From Phoronis australis (taxonomy: Eukaryota > Animalia > Phoronida), in contig NMRA01000179.1 of the NCBI GenBank assembly GCA_002633005.1, positions 279,954 through 343,953 of the forward strand: a stretch of 64,000 nt of DNA, in the 5' to 3' direction. Position numbers and translations under genes: made by a program. Shown here one piece after another: positions 11,979-24,700 of this stretch; within the stretch, counting starts at the first letter, position 1, and each line of letters starts with the position of its first letter. The notes under the pieces are model-generated. The model ran no database searches. It was not told where the DNA came from and was given only the letters and a program-made list of their open reading frames with translations.

Positions 11979-14146
11979 AAGGATACTAAACCTAGTTTTA
12001 ACAATTTTTCCAAAACAGGTTCTATTGCCAGCTATTGCACTATTGATACAAATGTACCTTCCTTAAAGGAGCATGCCAACCAAAAAACAACCTAATTTGT
12101 ATCATTTTAGATGAGTAGGTCTACTCCATAATGGCACGTACGGTTGCGTTACCTGACACCTGACGGCAGACGGAGGTGTTGAAATTATCCAATGACGTAA
12201 TTGGTTTCACACGCAGTCTGTTCAGCAGTTCACAACACGGGTTACTGGTGTCAGCTTATTGCTTGAATTCATCGTTTAACTCCAATAAATCATCAAACTT
12301 CAATGTAAATCCTTTAAAAATACACCGAGTTCTTATAAAAACGTGTTGTTTTATTTCGCTGTTACGGATTTACATGTATTGGTATTTGGACACCGTAGCC
12401 TACAAAGTTCGGCAGGCCAATAAGGTCCGTAGCAGGAGTTTGCGGTCTGTTCGGAGATAAATTCGAAGTATTTTTCCGTGAGATACAGACACGAGAACCT
12501 AGATCTGTGCTGTTTAGACTTGTGATTTTTGAGTTCTAAACACACAAAACGCTAGTTATCCTGGCCAGTAGCCGGGAACCCGATCAGACCCGTCGCGGCC
12601 GGACTGACTCGTTATCCCGGCCAGTGGCTCGGAAACTGATCAGACATCACGAACATAAACCAGCCAAAGTTGGAAACTAAACTTCCGGTCATGAAAATAC
12701 TATACTAGTGAGCCAAAGAAGTAAATTGCTCGCCGTGATTATGTTGGTGAATTAGCGACGAAACTGCAAATCTACTCAGCTTACTCGTCGGGGGTCGCGA
12801 ATTCAGGTTCCGCTTTGGCAACAGAACCGTCAGGGCAGAAAGTGTACAATCATTATTTTAATAATGTAAATGTAAATAAAGATTACCCTAACACCTGGCC
12901 GTGGGATGGAAATAGAGTTGTTTTAAAACAGTTTCTGTCAGCAAGCATGACCTCCCACACCGCCTCGGTGTCCCGTTAATTAGTTTTATTGCATCTAAAG
13001 CTGGTAACGCAGTGATTTATTCATTGCTGGCTTCTCAAATCATTTGCACTCACGAACACTCCAAATGAATTACAAATTGCATCTAATGAAACAGACTTTG
13101 TTTCAGTTTTATATAAGTATTGGTAAGGGTGAGAATAATTCATTTTGAAACAGAACGCTCAGTAATAAACGCCAACATGGACTCGCAATCCCGACTTAAA
13201 CGAGAGCTCATCAGTCGATCCCTACGAAGACTTCGCAGGTGGATCGTTAAGTTTCACAGGCTATCAGTTCGAACCGGAATACAGAGATGAAGAAATACTA
13301 GAGAGGAGCCGAGAACAAGCTCAGACAACGGAACATATTGATAGTTAAGCCGGCATTCGTCAGGCGCTGTCCCGCGACGACTACAGGCCACAGACACGGA
13401 GTTGTTTCACGGCCTCATACTTGCTATTGACAACGTGCTTTTCATTCTTCACTACCGCGAGCCACGACCTAAGCATTTCGGACTCTCGAGGAAGTCGAAA
13501 AGATGATATACCCGCTTTCTTGGCAGCTGCATAGTTCGGACAAGCGGGATCAGATACACCGCAACATAATGGCATTAACTCTGCAAATGAACCACTGACG
13601 TCGCTGCTTCGTTTCTCACCTTCCTCACAGGTTAACGCGACACCTCTCGACAAGGTAAGGTCGACCGTATGCGAGGCGATGTGGATATAGACCGATTAAG
13701 ACGGCAAAAAGACTAATTAAATCGGGTGGCATTCTCCTTTAACATATACATGCATAAACATCACTACGTTAAAGCACCTCTTCGTTGTGCCACAAAGTGA
13801 ATCCTGTGGTCCGATGAAAAATGTGAGCCACCATCGCCCATTAGAACCCCCTCGAGTGTTATTCAGATTTGTAGGCATTATGTCAAGTTTCCAAACGTGC
13901 TTCCAACTTTCGGCCGGTGTGACGAGGTTAACAGAGCAGCATTTTAGTTGTAAATTTTTAAGGGCAACAGCCTGATACAACACGCAGGTACATGTAGTTT
14001 TTGAACCATTTTGATGCCTGTTATTTAGTGGAAAATGGCTTTCAGAATACGAGCACGTTATATAAGACTATAACAAGCTTGAAGTAATCTGCTCTTTTGT
14101 TAGTTAATGTCAGGTAGTTTTAAGCTAAATTAGGTTCAGTGTCCTT
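11979..14146. mobile_element. Outer TTAA-flanked non-autonomous (Kolobok-type) element
   Basis: TTAA|AAGGATACTAAACCTA ... TAGGTTCAGTGTCCTT|TTAA (14/16 inverted match). Confidence 0.7.
12067..13738. mobile_element. Inner Kolobok deletion derivative with THAP and KolX-like remnants
   Basis: TTAA|AGGAGCATGCCAACC ... GGGTGGCATTCTCCT|TTAA; THAP-like MPLCC..C..FRLP..W..LRVC on minus (13575-13381); GYQFEPEYRDEEI on plus (~13259-13298). Confidence 0.8.
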
Positions 14147-15701
14147 TTAATGTATTTTAAGACCGTTAAAAGTTAGATTTTCGGCTGAAATTCAGTTTCA
14201 AAATAAACGGACTATAACTGAGCACCCTGGACATGCAGACCAAAACTACCAAGACCAAACTGTCAATGAAATTTCACCGGAAGGAGCTGGCGAGCTTCCT
14301 TTTACAACAGCGCCTGGTTTGTCGCAAAATGGCGGCTGTCCTCCATTCTTGCAGTGGCACTTGCCGTCACTGTCGCAAACCTAAATGAACGTAAACACAA
14401 TTCACATACAAACTGAAGCTGGGCAAGCTGCAAGTCCGAAACTTGATAACACAAACAAAATGTACCAATTTTTTACACTATACTTCTCCAAATGTCTGCG
14501 TACAGTTTGATCGACCATAAAGCTAATTAGAATTCTAGGCTTCACTTTTTAAACTCTTGACACAGCCAGTGACGGCACTGGCGTTCTTTCGCCAAATACT
14601 GCAGCAGAATGCCCCATATGGCTTATTCTGTTACTCGCGGTAGACTGTAATCAAGCAGATTCTAGTCTGCCGCGGGCCACCGTCTTACATCTAGGTGCCT
14701 CTGCCGGACGGTGTGCTCCATTCAACGGGTTTCTGCTCTCAAAACTTGATTAGGTTGAAGCAAATGTGTGCATACCAAAATCAAAAAATTCAGTTTTACG
14801 GATAAAACGTGGCAAGTGACACAAATCTCTATCCAAATTGTGCACCACTCAAACTTACATTTATGGCAGCCGGAAACAAGGGATTACAGATACGCCATAG
14901 CAACACAAAGAGTGATAACGTATCCTTTCAGCTGGTACTGACCAGTCAACTGCCAAATCTCTCTATTATCAAGTGTGGGCCATGCGAAATATTGAACCGC
15001 CTTAATAACAAAATATTCATTGCTGCTCTCTCGGATACCCGCTGCAGATTACAACCCAGCAGGGATATCAGCTAGTCCAACTTAAAATGCTACTCAACAC
15101 CTATTTCCAATTCCCACTGTCGAATAAAACAGTTTACAACAGAAACAATACCGTTATTCGTGCTTTCCAATTAAAAAATATCAATATTGCGATGAAACAG
15201 AAAACGAGCCTCCGTTAAGACACTCCCTAACGCGCAATTCCCGAATTTCTAGGTCGCTTGCCCGCTTTACCAGGGGTCGTTGGTTTAATTAATACCCTGG
15301 TTTGGAAGATCTCGTCAGTTAGGCCTACTATAGTACCAAAAGGACAGAAATACATTTACGAATAATGTTTGATTTTTCCTTTAACTATTTTTGCTCTTTC
15401 CTTGGCCCATACTATACTGCACGGCAAAAACAAACTCGTCGCGAGTACAATGTTTACAGCCCGTTACACGCACGCCGTGACTTTGTTAGAAACTTTGTGA
15501 CAATCAATAGTGAAAAACGCAGAAACATACAGGGTCATATTTTACGACGAACTGTCAATGTTTTAGTGACATCACTCATTCTATGTTCTGCTTTGGTGGA
15601 ATTAGAGGAAAAGTGCACTTAAGTGATACTGTCCGCCTCAGGTTTCATACATATACATCGGTATCGACAACGGTCGGGGTTATGGTAACATTTTTCACAT
15701 A

Positions 15702-15797
15702 TCAAGCGTCAACAGTGTGGGATACCTGCTGACTAATGTCGGTTTGTGTCATCGTCGGAACTTCCTTGAACGAGAGGCATCTTTGCTTATAACACAT
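15702..15797 (-). CDS. ADAM exon closing the cysteine-rich domain ([10 protein letters not shown]...), possibly terminal
   Basis: MC....C continues GK; reads to TGA at 15702-15704 (…[10 protein letters not shown]), or splices at CAG|GTATCC (15726). Confidence 0.8.
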   Translation of the reverse strand: MCYKQRCLSFKEVPTMTQTDISQQVSHTVDA

Positions 15798-18700
15798 CTG
15801 AAATTGAAACAATCGTCACATGTTTTCAACAACCATGTTAAAAGAATGTCATGCATGTACGCTGTCAAATTTTTCATTCATGGTTTTTTCTTAATGTCAG
15901 CAGGGGACTGAAACTGATCTTAGTTATATTATTTTGTTCTATTGTTCTACATGTATCTGTGTTATGGCCGATACTCATTGATTGGCATGAGGCTGAGGTC
16001 AGGACAGCGATGGTGTAATTTGTTTACCAAAGAACAGTAAGGAACATTTCGAAAGATTCTAGCATATACTGTAAGTCGATCTGGAACATTCTGAAGCCTA
16101 ATATGTTTGTAGAATGATTGGATAGATTCAGGAAAGTTTTAGAATGTGCTTGAACTGGTGAAAAGTTCTAGAACATCACACGAAACTGCAAATACCCAGG
16201 CACAAGTTTGTGAAAGAGAGTTGAAAGTCACTTAAAGTTAGTTACAAGGGAGTTACGGTTGAGTAGCTGCAAGTGTCTCAGAAGTTCATCACAAGTCAAG
16301 GCTTTGCAGCACTAGCTGGAGCGTAGAATAGACATTACGTCGGACATTTTGTTTGAGTAGGCTTGTGTGTATATCGTGACATCGAAAGCTATTAGATACA
16401 TTTACATTGTATATGCAGGAATCCTATTCAGAAATCTGTGTGTGCCAGACAGGTTCTATGTCGGAGGAAGAAGTTCAGGGCCATTTATATCTAAATGCAA
16501 AGAGATGTCTTAGGAAAATGTCTGCTAGTCATACGTTTACATCACGCGACCACACTAGTCTGTCCGATGGGCGGAAAATGCTTCTTCAATTAACACCAGG
16601 GTAGAGCTTCGTATACGCAAGAATCTGGCGAAGGGAGGTACATGTAGTGTCATTGCATATTTCGTATTCACTGCATTGCGTGACAATATTTCGCGAAGCC
16701 TTGCATGAACTTGCGTTCTTGCGAGATTCTTGCCTCTACGGAAATAACGCCTCATGGCGACTGGTTAAGGTAATTTTTCGTCACCTACTTTGCCATGGCC
16801 ACAGCTGGTGCCATCTGGCACCAGTCCAGGATCGAAGTCGGGAATGCCGTAATGCATGACGACAGCTGCACACGTTACACGAGGAGACATATATAAGATA
16901 GCTCTCCTTAAGATCAGGTTCTTGGAAACTTTTTTGAGGTGTGAAAAATCTTTTATCACGCAGTGCAGACGTCCACACAATTTATCCCTACAAAGCGACA
17001 TGAAAGAGAAGATGTATATGTACTGAATGTAATTGAGAAAATACCAGAATTTCAAAGTGGCACTCAATAGTTTTTGAAAAAACTGTGGGTGTTACCTTTG
17101 CAACTGTATCAACAAGTCGCAAATGACGGAGGCTCGATAGGGTGGAAGCTTCGAATGACGTCTTCTTAATTTTCAGTCTGTTTTGTTCAGGGTAATGTTT
17201 TTTGTTAGCCAGTTCTCCCATATAAACAACTACAAGAAAACATTTGGGAATTTGAATTTAGCTGGAAGTTAGTGGTCGCCAAATAAATGTACCTTTTACC
17301 CGAGCTCTATGCTGGAGTGTTTTGGTAATCGGAATGCACTACATCTCAGTTAATAATAATGGTGAACGGATTGTGCCTCAAGGGTGAAATTTGACGATTT
17401 GGTTATTTTTGTTCGTTTTTTCACTTTAATGATGCCGTTATTACCCAAAAGTCGAAAACATTGGAAAAGTACAGCGGAATCGATTTCATTTTTCTCCGCG
17501 CCTTGCATTATCTTCATACTCCAAGTCGTTCTCAAAGGGTGGGGATTGTGGATTTGTTCGCTCAAGCCCAATACCACCAAAAGCTGTTAAGTACCACGTG
17601 GGGTATCAAAGAGTACACACACGTACCATTAAAGAGAACACACAACTTTACTATAAAAAGGAACTTCATCTACTGGATCAGCTGTGCGCATGCTTCAACT
17701 AGGATTCAAATTGTAATATCGAGACCTTGGTTGCAAATCTTTAATACAATTTCTGTCATCACAGTCTTTATTGGGGACAAATAAAACAACAACAATAATA
17801 TATATTTTAGGTTGTATTGGGAATTTCAGGGTCACAGCTCTAATACTGAGCCACAACATCACGTTCCTTACAATATCTTTTTTATCACTCCAGCTGGTCT
17901 GCTCACTCAGCTTGTCCGGAACCTGCTTTGCAGGTTGTTATAGCCCAGTTGGCTGTTTGATGTACCCACTTGGTACGTTATTATATGATATTTGCCCATT
18001 TGGCAGTTGTACCCATTTGGTACTTGTTATTGAATTTGTCGTTTTGCTCTACCCAGTTGCCGGTAGGCAATCAGCTAATACCCATTTGGTATTATGTACC
18101 CATTTGGTACTATGCCAACCTGTGCCACTTAGTATCCGATACTCAATTAGAAATACACATTGGGTATCGTAAATGTGTGTGTTATCTCTTGTAATTAAGG
18201 AACCCATCTGGTTCCTTATGTGAAATATTCATTTGTAGAGCTGTGACCCTGAAATTCCTAATACAACCTAAAATATATATTATTGTTGTTGTTTTATTTG
18301 TCCCCAATAATAAGATTTATGGCATTCTGACGTAAATCCTATTATTTGGGCAAATACACTGTAACATTCTACAGCCCTTCATCCTTCATATCCAACTCCT
18401 AGTTTGTTCCTACCAAATCCGATGGTAGCGCTGTTTGATCTTTCTCTCCAGCTTCCAGTTGGCCCAGCCTCAAAGCAACAGTACATTCACTCGTAAGTTT
18501 TTCCAATTAGACCATTTGATACCTCTCCAACACTCCATACCCTGGGTTCCACAAAATCTCAATTCAACCGATTTATATCTTTTCCACCCTCCCTACCTTT
18601 CATTATGTGCATGTATTAGCAATGATTGTGTTTTATAAGCCCTGCTACGTAACGCTGGTAACTGGTTGGAAGATGATGTTATTGTACATGTATGTTGTAT

Positions 18701-21700
18701 TGAAATTCATTCGCTATGTACAATCTGTGGAGCTATGTAACCTATAACAGCTTATTTATTTTCCCAGTTGCGGTCCCCTGTGCTGTGGAGGTGCTGTGGT
18801 CTCTAGCTCGTGTTGCGTTTTAGACTTTCAGGAAGGATATTTATTTGTTAGCGTCGGCAATTTTTTTTTGTTAGTCTAATATAACGATGCACATTGTGGA
18901 ATGGATAACCATCGGTGATTATGCACTGCGACCAAGTAGGTCAGAGTGTGTCAGTGGCCGTGCACGAACAAAAACAATACGCGTAAATTTAATCCTATTC
19001 CAAAATGTTGGAATATAGGAAAGAAGATGGCTCCCGTGACAGATTGGCAGGTAACTCGAGGTAATGAGTATTAATTACTATGTCATGAATTCAGAGTTTG
19101 ATGGCTAACAGAATGGAAGAAGTCACCGGCTGGGCAATGTAGCTCCAGAAAAAAGACCAAGCATAAATTTCAGGCAACGAGAGGTATCATAAGAGTCAAC
19201 AGTGGTGACGGACACGAGAGACGTGGCAATAGCCGGTCGAATTTTAACAGTTTCTAATTTTTTTCGTTGGGATTATTCGATACACAGAGACTAACTGTAC
19301 TTACGCATCCTTGCATTTTTTGAAAGTATGGTTGAATAAATGATAACCGCAGTCACCTCCATTGATACCATCCAAGTTGACGTCAAACGCGCTCTGGTGA
19401 CACACTCGCGAATCATGACCGTGCAATTCCTTGCAGGNCCTACCTTTCATTATGTGCATGTATTAGCAGTGATTGTGTTTTATAAGCCCTGCTACGTAAC
19501 GCTGGTAATTACTGGTTGGAAGATGATGTTATTGTACATGTACAGTGTATGTTGTATTGAAATTCATTCGCTATGTACACCTGTACAATCTGTGGCGTTA
19601 TGTAACCTATAACAGCTTATTTATTTTCCCAGTTGCGGTCCCCTGCGCTGTGGAGGTGCTGTGGTCTCTAGCTCGTGTTGCGTTTCAGACTTTCAGGAAG
19701 GATATTTATTTGTTAGCGTCGGCAATTTTTTTTGTTAGTCTAATATAACGATGCACATTGTAGAATGGATAACCATCGGTGATTACGCACTGCGACCAAG
19801 TAGGTCAGAGTGTGTCAGTGGCCGTGTACGGACAAAAACAATACGCGTAAATTTAATCCTATTCCAAAATGTTGGAATAAAGGAAACAACATGGCTCCCG
19901 TGACAGAGTGGCACTTAACTCGAGGTAATGAGTATTAATTAGTATGTCATGAATTCAGGATTTGATGGCTAACAGAATGGAAGTAGTCACCGGCTGGGCA
20001 ATGTAGATCCAGAGAAAAGACCAAGCATACATATTTCAGGCAACGAGAGGTATCATTAAGAGTCGACTGTGGTGACGGACACGAGAGACGTGGCAATAGC
20101 CGTTCGAATTTTAACAGTTTCTAATTTTGTTTTCGTTTGGACTATTCGATACACAGAGACTAACTGTACTTACGCATCCTTGCACTTTTTGAAAGTATGG
20201 TTGAATAAATGATAACCACAGTCACCTCCGTTAATACCATCCAAGTTGACGTCAAACGCGCTCTGGTGACACACTCGCGAATCATGACCGTGTAATTCCT
20301 TGCAGGCGCCTGTAGCGTTATTGCAGTAGCCATTGAAGCAATGTGACTGAAATGCACAAGATTAGACATGAATATCACTTTCATCGACAGATTTAAGTTT
20401 CAACTTCTTACTTAAAATTATGTCATGCCTGATGATTTCGTGAGACCGGTTGCGTCACTCAGCTGTTGAGACGAATCGCGTCGTGCTGTGACGATGTGTG
20501 CGGTGGGCTTGCGAGCGCCATCATCAACGATAGAAACCAATTTAAGCCGAGTTTGCAAATAAAATAACTGAGTTATGACGTGTCCAAACAATCGCCATGG
20601 AACTCTTTAGCGTTGTAAGAGTAAAAAAGCAAGTGTCGCGCTTGACTTAATTCTGAATTATTGAGTACATGTACATGACAGGAACTAAAACAATTTTAAC
20701 AAATCATGATGTTGGACATTGTGAGTGAGGTATTTGAACATCCCTGCCACTGCACAACATTGGGATGATGATCGAAAAGAACTCTGGGAAATCTCTCGGT
20801 ATTAGAGTTGCTAGGGCACCCGAGTCATGGGCGGAGCACCATAGGAGGCTGGGGTGGGGGCTGTAGCCCCCTCCCACTTTTTCAGTGCTGCGCTGCCCAT
20901 GCGGGTTTACCAAAGAAGCCGGCTAAAAGTCAAATTAAACCGACGTTTTGTACATATATTTCTATACATTGAAACGAATCACGATCGTTGATCTGGATAC
21001 CGCGAACCAACAGAAATTGTTAAAATCAAACATTCATCACCGAACAATTTTAAACAATCATTGAAAACAGAATGTTGTCCAACAATATGTGCGTAACCTT
21101 ACATGTATGTCGCCGCAATGACAGGGCAGTTGTCAGTAACACAGCGTTTAGTTCATTGCAACTATTTGTGTTTTTTATCTAGTAGACTTAAGTGCAAAAA
21201 GCGATCTTTTGAAAACCCATGCCTTCGATACAGATGACGAACATCAGTTTTAATATTACCGCTTCACCACACGGTGTCCCTTGTTCTTTAAAGACATCTC
21301 TGGGACAAGATTCGCTTTGCTCAGTACAAAACTCTGGCATGTCGCATTCTCCTCGTGACGGCCGGCAAACCGTCGTTTTTGCATCATACTGCAGACAGAA
21401 ACAGCTCGCAGTTAGATGTGACACAACGAAATAGCAATGAATTTGAACAATATCGAGCATCATCTTAAAAAAACTTGATTTTGGCTATGGCAAATCACGT
21501 AAGCTTAGCACGTTCTTTAATGCACCTTATACATGTACCTTTCAAGTAAATGAGGAGCTCAATCTGCCTTGTATTCATTTCAATTACTATTGGGGCGAAT
21601 GTCACACGTTGCAGATTGATGCATTTGTCGATCGTTAGCTAGCCTGGCGGGGATTGGCTGTTGACTGACAAAGATGCCATTCGAACGGCTCGCTGGTTCC

Positions 21701-24700
21701 CTGCGTGCTTAGCCCAGCCTGCTGGCGCGGCTACCGCCCCACCTAGCGGCACGCAGGGAACCAGCGAGTTCGAACGGCAGACAGCAGGCAGTTGCACTAA
21801 TAGGCAATGATCGGTGGATACGTTACAAGGTTGCGTGACTTTCATGAGTGGAAAGGTTAGACGCAGACTGGAGAAGTCCGGGTCCAGTTGCAAGAGGTGG
21901 ACTTAGTAACATGGATGTGTCTCCAATTAAGGCTGCACCTAAATGTACGAGCCTCTTAGCGTCGAAGTCGTTGGCAATATGACATCTGCTTATAGACACC
22001 CTCAGATGCCTTACTGCACACGACACCGACAGGACAGCAGGTACGCCAATCGTGAACACCATGAGGAGACTGGATCCCAAGACTGGAGTTTGGTCACCGT
22101 GTATCTCGCGGTATTCTCCATTATTGCGTGGAATTGAGCTGGGGGCGTGGACCTGGGGATTTGAAGTGTAGATTCGTCATCTACCGTGACGCTTCAGCCG
22201 CTAATAGCTGGATATACATGTACATCACATGTAGTCCCAAGCTGCAATTGTACTGTTTCCACTGACCCCTGTAAATGGTCTTAGCCAGCTTCAGTCGACG
22301 GATGTTGTACATTTGGACCCGACTTCCGAACCTTCCTTACAAAATTATTCAATAAATGAGAGGTATTTTCTAAAAGTATTCGTTTGAAAAATGTATTTCA
22401 GCTTGTCTCCGTACAGAAGTCTTTTAGGGCATTATGGGATAGCACAATGTAATGTTCACATTTCACGTGCGTTTTTAGACAGCTGTGCTGCCGGTAGACT
22501 GATAATGATTTTAGTATATTTAAAATAATTTTGCTTGTTCTACACGTATTTCTGGAAGTTACAGTAGTGCCTAGGAAAACGTTTTTGACAAAATACTACA
22601 GAAAGTTGGGGAAAATGGGCAGTTCTCGGTAACCCACGTACATGCACACGTCACATGACGTCAACTAGTTTGCACTTTGACTGTATCGATATTACAATAT
22701 TGCTGCAGTACCTGATCAAAAGAAATATGTTTAAGGAGATAAAATTGGCACTTCGATATAATCACTAAAGATTGGGCGAAATAATTGACGCCGCAAAAGC
22801 AAAATTCTGACAGTCCATGGAAGAACAGGGGCCCCGTTGAAAGAAAACTGATTTAGTTAACACAAATCATAATTGTAAGTAAATTTTAAGATAAAACTTC
22901 AATTTGTCTCCTTTAGCTCGTTCAAGAAAAGTGATTTTACGATTTACAAACATACCGGATTGGGAAGTTTCAAAGTTTGGAAGTTGAGACAAGTCTTGGA
23001 CTTAAGTCAAAGTGAACTTAAGTTAGTTTCTTCGAACGGGTCCCAGAGATCCAAGGGTATGAAATAACCAGTAAATTCAAATACGAACCCTGCACGTGTC
23101 AGAGTTGCAGCAAGGTCCAGAGGCACACTGCGCATCCTTTTCTAACATACAGGTTACAGGGTTGCAGCATTTGCTGGGGCAAAACTGGGGTAACCCACAG
23201 TCGCACTGCTCTCCGTCCTCTACCAATCCATTACCACACTGCGGCGCTCCGTAAACAGATTTTGGTTTGTCGAACAAGCACATCATATCGTCAATGGTAT
23301 TCTTCAAAATTTTTTTCGAACAGCTTGAAAATTTCGACCTGGAAATAAAATATTATGAAGGCCTACTTTGTTCTAGCACACAGACGAATAAGCTGAATTA
23401 CACTACTGCCGCCCCAGCAATGTTCACCCATTTCTTTACCTAGTAAATGAAAAGTTAAGGGAGACCGAGCAACGAGCGGTCACAAAAGAGGATAATCTTT
23501 AAACATGCTATGCACTCACGACACCAATAAGCAAACCATCAGAGCACTGGTGGCTTAGTTGCTAAGTTGCTAAGTCGAGACTAACTTGACAAGGCAATTT
23601 CGGACTGCGGTCTGTGATTTCCGTGTCCCAAACCCGCTTAGGTTAAAATACATCCAAAAAACTGTGTTGTAAATGTACAGGAGTGCACTTAATTGAGCTC
23701 CGTCGGGTCAACCGGCTAAGTCATTTGTTTAGTAAAAATGCCCGAGATGTCACCTACAACCACTCATAGGTGGTTGCATAGCGGTGGAACCAGGTACGTC
23801 ACTCAAGTGCAGTCATTAAAACCCCGGGATGTCGTCGGTGCCATTCCTGTAATCAAGGGTAAGGTCATTCTCCTTCCAAGTTGTTTCCGCCCTTCCTGGT
23901 ACAAACTCTGCAGTTGCGTTGTAAAGATAGTTGGTCCCAGTCCATGATTACCTGGCTTCCTCCGTGGTCATCTTCACAGATTGCGCATAGATAGTTTCTC
24001 TGCCGTTAATGTCAGTCGTCTCGTCCAACTGCTCCTAAGACAGTTTTCTTGTCTCTCATTCTTCAAACCAGTCGCCATTTCTCGTCACAGCCAGTGCACC
24101 AAACACCCTTCATGATTGCCGACGGCCACTAATACTTCTATTTCACACTGTTACGTCTTATTATATATCTACTCTACGTGCTTTTCGCTCAAACACAACT
24201 CTTCTTGCGCCCCACGTATCGAGTTTTACTTTTACTTAGGTTTCTCGCGTAACAATACCATCCAGTCTTTATGCATAAAACGTCTCACGCTATTCATAAA
24301 AGGCTTAGCAATCAGTGACAATGTCCCAACTCCAAGTTTCTGGGACCTGTTGCATGAAAAATGACTTGCTACATTTAAACTCGGGTTTAGTTAAAACCGA
24401 ACTCGAGATTTCAGAGAAAGCTGTTTAATTCTTGAACACAATTGGTTTTTGGTCAAGTCAGTTTTTCCATTTTCGCATATATTAACTACGCATTATAAAC
24501 CTAAACAATTTACAGTTTTCCATTGTTCGAGATAACATCTCGAACACAGTATTAGATTGTAAAACGTTGTACAAAATAGCAACGAAATTCGTCCCTTGGC
24601 AGTGACAACAGTACCACTCAAATGGACCGACCAAGATTACATAGCACTACATGTACATGTACAACTCGAATCCCGCTTTATTTACCCACAACGCGGCACT

